NCBI GenBank assembly: GCA_965637545.1
Contig: OZ281496.1
Span: 10,230,001 to 10,294,000, forward strand
Length of the DNA: 64,000 nucleotides
From: Phallusia mammillata
Lineage: Eukaryota
Direction of reading: 5' to 3'
Both the position numbers and the translations under genes were made by a program. The notes beneath the pieces are model-generated. The model made no database searches and was not told the DNA's origin. It saw only the letters and a program-made list of their open reading frames with translations. This document shows positions 12,193 through 25,285 of the stretch, piece after piece. Position 1 is the stretch's first letter. Every line of letters starts with the position of its first letter.

Positions 12193-14391
12193 GGTTTTTA
12201 AACCGGTCCAAATTTCTATTCGTTTTAATTTAATTCTAGCCATCATCAACCTGCCCTTATCAAACTCCAAAAGAATTTTGCCTGTGCACTGTGCACCGTA
12301 AACCCTCTAGGAATAAAATTTTAGTCCAAAGTATTAAACTTCAACGTACGGCGAAAGCATATATTTTTGTGTTGAACAGTAAAAAAGAAAAAGATGCAAA
12401 GTTTGAATAATTATATCCGCCTCGGAAATGTATAAACACTTTTGTCAGTTAATTAAATCGGTAAAGATAACCATGAGGATGATAATATGCTATAATGTAG
12501 TGCATGACATTGTCAGAATTGGACCAAACTGTATTTATTTTTAATCATTGTTTTCTATTCATCACATGTTTTGCTATTGTGTATTCATTACTTAAAGCAA
12601 AATTTAACTGCTGAGATTTTTAACAGTTTAAAAGCTCTATTGCAAAGGCGATGTCAAAGAATTTTTGTTGTCATCATTTCTCAGTGAGAGTTAAAGTTAG
12701 CTACATTGCTGTAGATATAACAATTGATGTTTCGTTGGGTTTTGTGTCTTTCATATCCGTCAATGGCTTTAGCTTCGCCATGAGGACTTTGTCTTTTTGC
12801 GGCTGCACATTTTCTGTAATTGATTGTACGTTGGGTGTTTTGCTGTCTTTTACCGGTTTTTCAACAATCGGCACTGAAAAGAAATGTTTTGTTTAAACAC
12901 AAACAAACACTAAATACATCGTTAACAATGTTGACAAACGCTTTCTCTTAATTATTTTCGCTTTTAATGAAATAGCAAATGCAAGTTTATAAATGTTTAT
13001 CTGTATTCACGACGCTGGATTAGTAGCTGTGTAACAACTACGTTCTTCTACCAAGGGGCCAAACTGTCGTTATTTCTAACATTTGTCTTTATTTTATTGG
13101 GCGGTGTCTTAGAAAAAATGTCTTTGATTTTGTTGTCATTTATACGTTTTACACTTAAAAAGTGAAACAACGGTTACCGGTAGCTTCAATTGAAATATTT
13201 CAATATTAACAAGTAGACCATATCTGTCCGTCGGTTTTCAAGATTACGAAAGCGTTTATTACTAACGACTATGACCTTCGTTTCTGGGAAAGTGCTACCG
13301 GTTGAACCGTGAAACTTAAATATTTATTCAAGGTGAGTGTTTGAATTTTGACCGATTGATCAACATTCATAATTGTAATTGGTTGAGTGAATAGTTATTT
13401 AATCTTGCGAAATACTTATCACTAAGAAACACTTGAAAGGAAACATATATGAACTTGACCAGAAACAAAGTCTGTATTGAAAACAATTCAAACAAGTTGA
13501 CTCATGGCAGAGTGTCTGTTTATTATATACACAGTTTGGTATAAATGCGCTATGGTAATCCCAAATTATCCCAATGCTTTGAGTGAAATAGCGTATGGAC
13601 ATACTTAAGCGGAATATCAGTAGAGGAATTAAACATCTCAAATGCATTGCTCGTATTTTAAAACTTAATAAGTCCAATCCAACATATTCAAGTGATGACA
13701 CCACTAAGCATACTGCTTTCCCACGCAGAATTTCAGAGGAACAAGCTTTTACACAGTGCCATGCCCTTTTGCACAGTAAATCTCTAACGCGCGACTTGCG
13801 CGACAAAAGCAATGCTTTAAATATAGCTTTGGCTTTGCTAACATAGAGATACCTTTGGGGTTATTCCCGGTCACAAACCGGGTTTACTATTGTGCACTCA
13901 GATCGCAAAGTTGACCCTATTCAAAGTCGTACAATAAACCGCTTATCTATTACTATTGGCAACGTTCCATTTCAATTTAACTCGCTCAAAATAAAGATTT
14001 TATGAGATTTGGTCAACCCTAAGTACTGGATTTATGGCTTGCGATGCGTTATCGGTGTAATGAAAAGGATCAGAGCGCTTGGCAAAGTTAGGCAAACACA
14101 AAATGTGTGTAAATCAGGAAGTCAAAAAGCAACGCCCACTTCCAATGTCAGCTTTATGCTAGCTATTTAAATGCAGGAAAGTATTCCACAGCCTTTAAAC
14201 TATAGGTGGCGCAACGAACACATGTCTTATAAGGAATTCTATATACATAGGTTTAGGTTCGATGTTTTTTTTTTATAACTAAACCCCTATTTTAGTGTCA
14301 AATAACACTAACTTCACTTAATTTGGCAAATCAACTTGGAGTTTAAGCTGTCCAGTTTGAAAAATCAAACAACTTGTTTGTTTTCCTCCCA

Positions 14392-14520
14392 CAGTGGCCG
14401 GCAACTGCCAAGCCGTGGCCCAGTGCCGGTCCGTAAAGAGATTTATACCGGCCCGCATTCTTTTATGGGTTAAATGCTTTCAGCTTTTAAACGGGTCGTA
14501 AAAAAAGTTGCCGACCCCTG
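14392..14520. mobile_element. Short hAT MITE
   Basis: CAGTGGCCGGCAAC ... GTTGCCGACCCCTG termini. Confidence 0.7.
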
Positions 14521-15244
14521 CACGATAAAATTGTGGATAAAGGTTGGCCCCACACTGTAAATCGTAAAGGTGTAAACGACCACCGATACAGGTGGTTCAA
14601 AATTTCCACCAAAAGGTGGGAAGTTTTCTTAATATCCCAAGGGTACACTGTAAACGCAAAGGTTGTTGAACTTCCACCAACATGCGTGGTCCCAAAAGTA
14701 TCACCCCGGGTTGCAGTTTCCCACCTTATCGTGGTGGGTGTAATATCACACCCTGCGTTTTATCACATTTAGGTTCATCCAGCTACACCCACCGCATGCA
14801 TTAGTATCCAACCTATAGCTGCCATGTTTTCCAACCTGTGTACCTACCTAATGTGTTTGCATTCATATATAGCTGATACAAGTCACAAATGGGTTTATTG
14901 GTGCCAAATGTAAACACAATCTACCAGTCACAAATGCGAAATACCAGCGGGCATATCATGTCACATGAATGAAAGAGGCAGCATTTATATATATGCCACA
15001 ATCACACATTGGTAAAAAACGAAACTAATTACAAGACAAGTGTGCTCATTTACTTACATAGCAATTGCACACACAAAATGCAATACACTATTATCAATTG
15101 GCTTTACGTTCCGAAAATTGCCAAACATTATAAAACCAACCAACTTTGGCCAACCTGTAACTGATGCATTACAAGCAACAATCAAATAAACAGTGAGCAC
15201 AATTCCCAGAAACATTTTAACAACCAAAGAGGCCACCTTGAAAT

Positions 15245-18222
15245 CTACAACCTATTCAAAATGCGTTGTACAGTTATGTTGCAACTGGCCTGTATTTTTA
15301 TGACACGGCAAATTAGTTCTAAAGTTTTTTTGCAACTATTAGGAAAAGCAACATCAAATACCCAATAGCAAGAAATCAATGTTACAATTGCTTCAATTAT
15401 ATCAAAACACACACAAATACACTGGTGATCAAGGTATACTTCAATCTTTTCTTCACGAGCACATATGACTGGATATGGAGACTTTGGTAGAACATCCTGC
15501 AAAATATTCATTCTTCTTAAACATGTAAATGCTGCTCACCTATTTGTATGTATTCGACAACAACACATTGCAACATATTTTATGAAAATCTTTGTAACTC
15601 TCTCTAAATATTGTCGGCAAGAAAATAATAGGCTCCAACAGTAAACCTAAAAGTAAAGTTGATTTATTGCAATGACTTATAACAAACATACTCTAATACC
15701 ATTTGCACTAGATCCAAACATAGATAAAAGTTGGCGGATGTTTGCCGGGACCAGTGATGGCTTTACGGCCTTGTGTAAATTTTCTTCCACTCTCTTAAAC
15801 TCTTTTACAAATATGTCAAATAACTGTATTTCTGACAAGACTCTGTTGGCCTCGGATATCATCTGTACCAAAATACAATAATTAATTTTGGAAGCAAAAT
15901 TAATTTCTAACTCTTACTCACTATGGAAGGAAATTTAAATGCTGGATAACACTCTTCAACACTCTTGGTCTTCAAAAGTCTACGCTGGCGGTCAAAAAAA
16001 GTGCGACTCATGCGATCCTCCAACAAAAAAAGGTTTGGGGTAGCTTTTGTACACTCATTTTGCATCATTTTTATGTGCTGTGTAATACTTGTCTCATCCT
16101 CAATGATAGCATTGCTCTGAACCTTCAATAATTACAACTCATTAAACTGCTAACTACTGCACTAAATAATTTACACGTTGATTTACATTGTAAACAAATT
16201 CACAAAATGCTACAGTATCAGTACAAGTTCCAACCTTTGTTCTACGCCCACTTAGCATGACATTGTCAGTTTTCTGCTCACTTTCACATCTGGGTGTTTT
16301 TGTGAAGCCATACTTTTTCTTTTTACTTGCTACTGCATCCACATTATGTAAAGGCCTACGCATATCTCGAAATCTGCTTCGTAGGCTTTGCACCCAAGTA
16401 ACCTGTTGTAAATGTTTAAAATTTAGTTAACTAGACACACACAATAATCTGCTCTCGATTAAACATATATCACAGGTGAAGTGCAGTTTTTGTCAGCAAG
16501 AAAAGGAATTTTTTTCACAAGCTCTAAATATGCATTTCTATACTGAAGAGGTGATGGATACCTGTCCCAAACAATACCCAAATTGTTAAAATTGATTACT
16601 TAATTCTGATAATAACTTACAAGTTTTTTGATGCCAAAGAATCAAAAATTATTTGAACCAATTTGCGTCTTGTTGTTTCCTTTAAAACACTTTTTCCTGC
16701 TTCCACATCATTCAGATCCATTAATACATTTACAGGAATTTGGGGCAGTTTGTAAGTGGCGAACCAATTAGCACTTGGCTCACTTGTGTCATCACTTGTT
16801 GAAGTTGTAGCAATGCTTGTATTTGTATCATCTAAGCCAGGGGTGGGCAAACTACGGCCCGCGGGCCGCATGCGGCCCGGCAAAGGAGTTCATGCGGCCC
16901 GCCAAATGTTTCCGAGTAACGCTGAATAGTACTATGAGCACAGGAGCAGAGTTTTTAAATTACCGGGGGTGTGACTTGCCGATACCAATACCATGTGCAG
17001 TATCTGTACCCGCACGATCAGTTTTTTTTAAGGTTTGGTTTGGGTGACCGCTAAGTAGTTTTAAGAGACCGCAAGTGTTTCATTTAAATACCAAAAAATA
17101 GCCATTTCCAAATTTTGGGAAACCGCTGGAGAAATTTGGGGGGCCGAAACACCTTTAAAAAAAAACACTGCGCACGATACTTTGGAACCAAACACAGATA
17201 CTTTTCACGTGCTTTAGCCTGCCACGTTATTATGCAAATCGTCACTTGACACAATTTCTTCGTTCGATAAAAGTAAAAGCGATTCACGTTTTCAAATACA
17301 GCCCACTTTGCACTGTTGACGCCCAAACTTTGACACAAGGACTTCATTAACAAAAAACGTGGTTCAGCCTTTGTTGCAACAAACGCTTGTTTTTTCAAAA
17401 AAAACAATTACAATTGTAGCGTTTCAACCACTGTTTGTACAATCATGAACAAAAGTATTTGCAAGCTGAAAATATGCTATGTAATAATTTTGCGCAGGGG
17501 TGCACAACCTGCGGCCGCAATCTATTTTGCTAAATATTTTGATTTTCAAACTGCTAAAACAGATTTCGTGGGACTGGAAAAAAGATTACCAGTCTAGTAA
17601 CCATATGCGCCAGGCTTTTTATCCGCTTATTATGTGCAAACAATGCGAAAAAGGGCACTGCAATCGTCACAATACAGTTTATGACGTCATAAACAGTTAG
17701 CTCTGTTCAGCTAAACTTGTGCACAAGTTAGAAATTGTTAATCAGAGCATCTTAGGCGACTTTAAATGGTATATATATGATACAAACCTTATTCTTTGCA
17801 TCAGTTGTTTTAAAACAAAACAACAAGCAAGCAATTGGCGGCCGTTGGTGAAATACCAAGCGGCCCGATAAGATTATAAACTTTAATGCGGCCCTTGAAC
17901 TGAAAAGTTTGCCCACCCCTGATCTAAGCATTCTTGTTGCTCTGAAAATTCAACATAGTTACCACTACAATAATTAACCCCACGTTAGAAACATATGAAC
18001 TACAAACTTACGATCCAATTTAACCAGCAGTCGGCCTTTTTGTGGAATTTCATTTAAATCCATTACATCCACCCAATCATCAAACTCATTATTGTAAATT
18101 TGAAATTTTATGGCACCTGCAATGCCAAATGCATTGGAAACCACATCATATAGCTCACATTTCATTTCACATGATACTATTTTCTTCGAATCATTATATG
18201 TTGTATGATACACAAATGCCAT
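15245..18222 (-). pseudogene. Spliced CACTA accessory gene (PB1-like N-terminus; SAMD3-like C-terminal region), interrupted by a hAT insertion
   Basis: Exons: 18222-18012 (KFQIYNNEFDDWVDV); 17941-17922 plus 16829-16621; an exon from 16561 (YPSPLQYRNAYLELVKKIPFLAD); then 16393-16154, 16128-15907, 15871-15677 and 15511-15245 (EAIVTLISCYWVFDVAFP). GT-AG introns of ~60-70 bp. Confidence 0.78.
16838..17921. mobile_element. Non-autonomous hAT element, 1084 bp
   Basis: TIR CAGGGGTGGGCAAACT / AGTTTGCCCACCCCTG. Perfect 8-bp TSD ATCTAAGC (16830-16837, 17922-17929). Lies in exon 2 of the CACTA accessory gene and has a nested hAT-like end at ~17496. Confidence 0.93.
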
Positions 18223-18433
18223 TTTTAACTTTTTGCACCTAAAACAAACAGTTTAAAACTTTTGTATGAGACATAATATTAGTAATATCACAGACTTTAA
18301 AGTGAGCAACTCAACATACTCAGGATAAAACACTGCATTTGACAAACACAGTTAAGTAAAGTGAAAATCCATGACACAGTAAATATACACCAAAGAACTT
18401 GCAGAAAAAGTAAACTACCACCTTTGCACACCC

Positions 18434-20826
18434 TTATTTAACAACTTGGTAATGTAGTCTGACATAGGACTTTTCTTTGTACATATACATATCCAAACAA
18501 CAGTGTAACTCTGATCCTGGTTCAAAAAAAGGTGGTTTTCTGTGTCTGCTATTTCATAACAGTGCAAATGCGAGTTAAAAGAAAGGGTCTCCAAATGTAG
18601 TCCATGAATGACCAATTTTTCGTTCACTAAATAAATACCCTTCACCCTTGCAAAAAAAGGAATACCATCCACAACATCCAAAACAGAAATTCCATTTTCT
18701 GTATAAAAACGTCCGAGAAACTTGATTTTTTTCACTTTGCTGATTGAATTTTCCTGGCCTGATTGACCACTTTCATAATCTTCAAACTCACTTCTTATTA
18801 ACTGTTCGACAGAAACAGGCAACTCTTTGTCACAAACTTTTTCTTCCCCAATTATGTGTGGAATTTCACCTAAAACACGATTGGACTGTTCCCAACATTT
18901 TCGGTACTGAATACGCTCAGCTACAGTCTTGCAAATATTTTTAAAGTTTTTCGATTTTACTCCAATATTTTTTAGTTTGGTGTGGAATGATTCAAACCTC
19001 ATGCACCATATATGTGACAATGGACCAAAGTTAAGAATGTGGTTTGGATAATGAAGCATATAATGAAATTTGGGTTTAATGTAATCCTTTGCCACCGAAA
19101 CAAACAATTGATAAAATTCAGGTACAATGACTGCAAGATAATGTACTAATTCCTTTGTTACAACAGGAGCAAAAATTATATCCATGCATTCTGAGAGTGA
19201 AATATATAACTTCCAAAACACATCATCATCAGGAACTAAATCAGCAACATAAAATGAAAAAAGGCGAAAAAAACACCAACTTTCACTTGCATTAAGGTGA
19301 ATTTTTCCATTTGCATGAACTACATCTAGAGGTAGGCACCTTGGCTTGTTTGCCATATCAGACTTACCAAAAGCAAATCCACGAACTCTTTCATTAAAAC
19401 TGGAGTATGAAAGAATCCCACTTTGGTGAAAGTGCTTTAATATTGCCTGCAACAAAGCTGGAATAACCCCTTCCAAACAATCGTGCATGATGTCTGGAGG
19501 TATTGATGTTACAGGGCTAAAACCCATAACGGATTCTAGAGGGCAATTAGAAACAACACCATAAACTCCAGAAAGTGTGTTGTCAATCTGCACATCCCTT
19601 ACATGAATTTCATGGGCTGCAGATGTTCGCAAAGTGAAATTTTGTGGATGACACTTAACTTTTATATCTTCGTATGAGCACATACAAAATCTGCAAATTC
19701 TGCCACTACTGAAGCATTTTCTAAAGCCTCCAATGTCATGTGCACCTAAATTATCTGCAGAAAGGGTTGCAAGACTTCCAAAAAAAGTCTGACATTTACC
19801 ATTGATTTTACAGCTAATGCCTTGTCTCTCTAATATATTCAAATCTTTCAAAAGTGGTTGCAATACTTGTTTATAGCCAGTTTGATGTAACACATATGTT
19901 TTGACAACTAAGGTCAAAAATATGTGATGCAGTGAAGATGTGTACTTGCTGGAGATATTTCCCAAAAAGAAGTAAAAACAGGTAAGCTTATTCTTTTTGC
20001 GTGAGGTGCCCAATGGGTTGCACAGTTCCAATTCATCACAGTACAAGTGAATTCTGGCAAGGTTGCCTTGAAAGTACTCATAACTTTTAAAAAAATCTCC
20101 ACAACAAAAGCTAAAAATTAGATTTTTTTCACTATGCTTTCTTTCTGTTACTATGTTTTGGTAAATTTCTGGTTGCTGGATATACTGTCTCAAAGTATCC
20201 AAAATAGGAACGTACTGATAACTATGTGAACCCAATACAACTTCCAATGGGTTTATCAAACCAAAATTTGCAGTGAGGCATTTGTTAAGTTCAGTTTCAG
20301 ACTGTAACCTTCCCCACAAAGCAGCAGAAAAATTTCTATCCGCCAAGTATGTATGATCTACATTTAACTGTGATAAGTGTGACATCTGCAATATGGATTG
20401 GTGAAAACTGCTAAAATTGGCCGTAATTTCTGACATGATATGAGAAGCAGCAGATTTGGGAAGAACATGCCCTTCTCTGATATTTAGATACAATTTAATT
20501 ATGTTTCGCACAAAATCTCCCTCAGTTGGAATATAACATATGGGCAAATCTTCTTCAACACGAGCATTACTACCAGTTTCATCAAAAGCATCGCTGGTCT
20601 CAGATGAAAGGACTTCACTAGCAACTATATTGGCATGACTTCTCACTAAATGTTTTTCAAAACTTCTTATACTTGTGTAAATCTTACCACATCTATAAAC
20701 CTTACAAGTGAGAACTAACATCTGACTGGATCTTGCGTGATCATTTCTCATGTGAGCAAGAAGATATTTGCGATGATTAAGGTGCACACAGTTAGCAAAT
20801 GGACATTGAAACTTTGGATTCTCCAT
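18434..20826 (-). CDS. EnSpm/CACTA transposase with N-terminal C2H2-like fingers and a 1-nt frameshift near the C-terminus
   Basis: 803-aa ORF with HLYCDELE...YFFLGN, ADNLGAH..GGF..CF.SGRICRFC, PPDIMHDCLEGV, KPKFHYMLHYP and WCMRFE. Adding one base to the 7-A run at 18524-18530 restores ...LFFEPGSELHCCLDMYMYKEKSYVRLHYQVVK* with the stop at 18434. Confidence 0.9.
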
Positions 20827-21040
20827 CTAAACAAACAAGAGTTCCAATAACTCCTCCAAATTATCAAAAAAGTCGCCCTCGGAAATTATTTTAACGACAC
20901 TTTCTTTTTAAAGCATTACACATCATTTTACCGAATAATTTTAATTATGTCTTACCTTGAATCTTCTTAACAATGTTGCTTTTATCAGATAAACCTTCGC
21001 GATGTTTCGACAAACCCGAAGGCATTATAACGCAAACGCC

Positions 21041-21065
21041 AAAATGGCGATGTAAAGTCACGTGA
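21041..21065. promoter_or_regulatory. YY1-like (AAAATGGCG) and E-box (TCACGTGA) motifs upstream of the transposase
   Basis: Motif matches 5' of a probable non-coding exon whose donor GTAAGA is at ~20957. Confidence 0.35.
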
Positions 21066-22072
21066 TCGCAAACCACGTTGTGTCAACCGAAATCGTATTT
21101 AAATATTTGTTGTTTTTTCTTCGTTTGTAGAAGATTGTGATACATTCATATCAATAAATTCACACACATTTCTTTTTCAAGCTTTTCAACAGGCATATAT
21201 TCTCTTATTTAGTCCAGGTCTTTATTTAAACAAGAAATTTTGGACGTTTTTTTGCGATGTTACCTAACCCTGTCGGTAAAAACAAAAGCTACCCGACGTT
21301 GGTGTTGTGTTGCAGCCATGAATATCCGAATGTTTGCCGTTAGATTGGGTCATTTTTAGATTCTTTAAAGTATTGCATCCAGAGCGAAACTTTAGCTACT
21401 CCACTGTTAACAGCAGTTGGGTTGCTGACAACTCAGGATATTAGTTATCAACCCACCATAGAGCATTAAAAACCACCTTTGTTAATTTACCACCCTTCTC
21501 AAGGAGGTACAACACATCCTGCGGTTAAACTGGCATCAATTCCAACATGTTAAGTGGAATTTTTACGAACATGCCAGATATTCCACCCCAAAACAGTGAG
21601 AGGGTGTGTGGTACAAACATGTAAATTTAATTTCCACCTTTTCCATTTACAGTGTAGAAACAACCCGATCTTTCCAAGCGGGTGTTTTTATACATTTTCA
21701 CCCAATTTTATACTGGATTTTCCTAGGTGGAATTGCAAAAATTCCACCCGTAAGTAATAAAAACGGCCTCGTAATTAAGGTGTATTTCCACCTTTCCACC
21801 CTAACATGCCATATCTTTTGGGAGGAAAACACCAATTCCACCATTGGCAAAACAATGTTCTCACCCTAAAACAACACTTCAAATTATTAACGAACACATT
21901 TTGTATTACCTTAACAAGCAAGTTAAAATGATGCACTGTAGATACTTAAACCATTTAACATGAACAATTCAAATGTAGCACTGTAAACCCAGTTTTCAAG
22001 TTACAAAACTTTTTCAGCAAAGAAAGATACACACATATTTTTATGGCAGACAAAATCAAAGTCTTGGTAGCA

Positions 22073-23901
22073 TTACAATGAGTTTATAATGCGCAGTACA
22101 TGTAAAGGTATTTTTACTCCAGTTAAATTTGGAATATAGCCACACACAAATGCCATGGTTTTACAACATTGAGGAGGTATGACAACATCAAATACCCAAT
22201 ATGCCGCAATCAAAGTTGCAAATGCTGTAATAAGGTCACCCCCAACACAAATTTCTGTTCCATCAATGTGCACATGAGTTGACGAAGGTGCTACAGTAAC
22301 AAGTGGACATGGCCAATGGACATTCTACAAAAGTATCTTTTTCAGTTTGCAGATTTAAGTGACCATGTCAATTTACAATACCTTACCTTATCAAAAACAA
22401 AAAAAACTGCTCATTTTCTCTTGGAAAGCTGCTGGTAAAAACAAGATCCATGAATTCTTCATTTCTACACACACACACAAAAAGATATTAAAATATTTAT
22501 TTTCTAAAATAATACCCACCAAACCTATTTTTTGCTGACATGTGCCACATACTACACTCATTTTTAAACTAACCTAAAATAGCATCATTGACTTGTCCTT
22601 CCCACTTAATTTTTGCTTTGATTTTTTTAAACTCATCTGCATGCAACTTTTTCATGTTAATCCCTGATACCTGTTCCATCTCCTCTAAAATCTAGAATAT
22701 AAAGTATTTTAAATCACCACTGTTTCTTTATAGAAAGCTAATATCAATGAATAAAATTGGCATCAAAGAACTAAATAGGCACACCCATTTTGATGATTTT
22801 AAAGGTTGGTAAATCTCAAGTAGGTCTTTAGCTGTTCCTTTAAAATTTCGACGAAACTCGTAAGTTCTTTTTAGTCTATCCCTTATTGTTTCCTCACAAG
22901 GTTCTCGCTTGCTCATTTCTTTTTGAAGCTGATCTACAAGCATATTTGTGCCAAAATCATCAGGCTGTGTCATTTTTGCCTGCAATATGAAATTAGTGTT
23001 TCAGATATCCACACTACTCTTGCAAATCAAGTATTTACATCAGTTTTTCTTTTTTTGCTACAGTCCTCATTTACCACAACAGACTTGTTGCTCCTCACAT
23101 GACCATACTTTCGCTTCATAACTTCTCGATAACTGTTATTGGTAAACTGTCTGCGCCAGTTTGTAAACTTGGTTCTCAACATTTTCACCCATGTTGTCTA
23201 CAAATAAAGTAAATGTAAAACAGCTTTATACAAATCCTTTTCAGAAAGCAAAAGAAAAAAACATACAAAGTAACAGCCAGTATTTGAGAATCGATCCCTC
23301 AGTATCGGGTATTCAGCAATTATAGTGACTGACACACTTCTTGATATTGATACGGCATTGGATATCTGTGAATGGTATTTGTTAACTCAACAAAAAATAC
23401 AGCATTAAACTTATTCTTACAAAGTATACTTGACCATGTCTGCAAAAATTATGGCCACAATCCTTCTCCTAAGTTTTCTCCCAATGTGTGCTGTGACTCC
23501 CTCCTCAACACTTCTAATTTCTGAAAAAATATGTGCCGGTAAAGCTCCGGAACTTTATATATCATCGGCCAACTTCTGGTGTCTTCACTTGATGAGGTAG
23601 AAGGCAACTCTTCTTTTAACTCAACTGTGTCTGATTCTGGTATGGTTGAAGAGAAGCTATTCTCCTGTTCCATATGTTGAAGCTGTTCCACATCTTTAAT
23701 TATTACTTTAAGTTTGCCTGTGGTAGGAGCTTCTTGAAGCGTGTCGAAATCAATCCAGTCACTAAATTGTTCAACATAGTACTGAAGTTTAAAATCACTT
23801 ATACCAAACACATTGGCAATCTCCTCATAAAGGTCATTGAGGCATTTTACAGTGACAAGTTGCTTTGTCTGGTTATGTGTCACATGAAATGTATATGACA
23901 T
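22073..23901 (-). pseudogene. Accessory gene of the outer CACTA element, frameshifted
   Basis: Paralogous to 15245-18222 (FKLQYYVEQFSDWIDF; RRRIVAIIFADMVKYTL|YP; AFATLIAAYWVFDVVIP). Frameshifts near 23520 and 23325. Confidence 0.78.
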
Positions 23902-23954
23902 TTTGATGAATATTTGAAAAACACAAATGTGGTAAACCTACAAACAAGGCAGGT

Positions 23955-24400
23955 ACTTTAATTTAATGTAACTGTTGTAAAGTATAAGCATAAAAGGGAC
24001 CAGCAAGCTCACTGGCAAGTTTTACCACCTGCCAAAAATTGCATAATAAATGAACACAGTATGCATGAAGCTGTTTGTTCACAACTAGGTCATAAATATT
24101 GCCAACTAAAAACCAAGCATGTTTAAATGACCAACCAAATTTCACTTTAAAAAAAAGGATTATCACCGACAACATTAATCACAAAAATGTCACTAATTTT
24201 GTAGTGGTAGCAATCAAAATACAAATCCATGCCACCATAAGAAAAAAAATCTCCAAAAATTGAAAATCAAAAATATCTAATGCAGTAGGTAACATACTAA
24301 TGTCCAACTTATGACAATTATGTGTTTTCCATACATCATAGTTTCGTATTGTAAACAACAAATATTGTAATGTTTCCCGGCACTTAAGAAATCTTCAGTA
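23955..24400 (-). pseudogene. Internally deleted transposase remnant of the outer element
   Basis: LHAYCV...VVKLASELAGPFYAY resembles the inner transposase C-terminus (LHCYEI...PGSELHCCLDMY). RNYDVWKTH may be a finger remnant. Confidence 0.4.
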
Positions 24401-24607
24401 CTAACACTGCATAGCTGCACTGGGCATTAGAGCGTGTCAATAAAAACAATTTAAACACAGTATATACAAACTGTTTTGTTTTTAAGAAACTTCTGATCAA
24501 ACCTCTTACTGTCTAACTGCACAGCATTACCTGATTAACACAGATAAACACAGGCTACAAACTCAAACGCGTGTTTTTCGCAACAACGTGGACTACAAAA
24601 TACAAAC

Positions 24608-24617
24608 GCGCATGCGC
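24608..24617. promoter_or_regulatory. NRF1-like palindrome GCGCATGCGC in the outer CACTA promoter region
   Basis: Exact motif at the 5' end of the element's minus-strand transcription unit. Confidence 0.35.
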
Positions 24618-24989
24618 AGTAGTTGACCATTGGGGTGGTGGCGGCAGTTTTTTTTCCAACGCCTTTTACAAAACTACTGAATAAAAAAAAAACACTAAAC
24701 AACAATCAAACAAGTTGATTTTCGAACAAAATGTAATTTAAGTAGGCTACGCCCGGTAAGAAACATTGTTGACCACGAAACTGGCACAACGGGGGGAAAC
24801 CCATATTCCACCTTTAATGTAAAGGCAAAAGTAGTAAAATATGCCCGAAAAGGTACATATAAAAAATACAACCCACGTAAAAGAGTGGAAAAAAATCCAC
24901 CCAACACAAATCCACCTTTAGCATTTACAGTGCATAGGCTTTAGCGTAACAATGGGTCGGTCAACTTTTATATAGACTTTGTTTGCGGC

Positions 24990-25201
24990 AGCTCCACATT
25001 TAGCTAGATTTCGATAGGGTGGCGCAAAGACATTTATCATGAAAAGAGGGGTGTAGTGGTTTGTAAGTTTTAAAATTGTACATACAAATTAAGTTTAGTT
25101 TTAATTTGTGATAATAATACCATACCTCTTTTTTCTTAGGATATACCGTTATAACTATTGCTATTTACGCCACCTATCGAAATTTAGCTAAACGTGCGGC
25201 T
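24990..25201. mobile_element. MITE-like element with ~35-bp inverted repeats
   Basis: CACATTTAGCTAGATTTCGATAGGGTGGCGCAA versus TTACGCCACCTATCGAAATTTAGCTAAACGTG. A related motif occurs at ~5120-5140 and ~14200. Confidence 0.6.
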
Positions 25202-25285
25202 GACATGAGGTATGAGTAGAATTTCTGTTCAGGAAGGTTTCATACCAGACGTTAAGTTGAAAAATAGAAATAAGCACAAAAATCT

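Larger units (their letters stand above)
14646..21654 (-). mobile_element. Inner EnSpm/CACTA element (~7.0 kb), near-autonomous
   Basis: CACTGTAAA ... TTTACAGTG termini with 2-bp TSD TA (14644-14645 and 21655-21656). Contains a transposase and a spliced accessory gene. Confidence 0.9.
14553..24932 (-). mobile_element. Outer EnSpm/CACTA (CMC) element, non-autonomous derivative
   Basis: TIR CACTGTAAATCGTAAAGGTG versus the reverse complement of the right end, CACTGTAAATGCTAAAGGTG. 2-bp TSD CA (14551-14552 and 24933-24934). CCACC/GGTGG subterminal repeats. Carries a decayed accessory gene. Confidence 0.85.

Noticed and set aside
12651-13846. ORFs 12651-12896, 13399-13812 and 13595-13846 and nearby splice-like signals
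   Set aside because: No recognisable motifs, and I could not build a consistent exon chain. It could be an unrecognised gene fragment but is unsupported.
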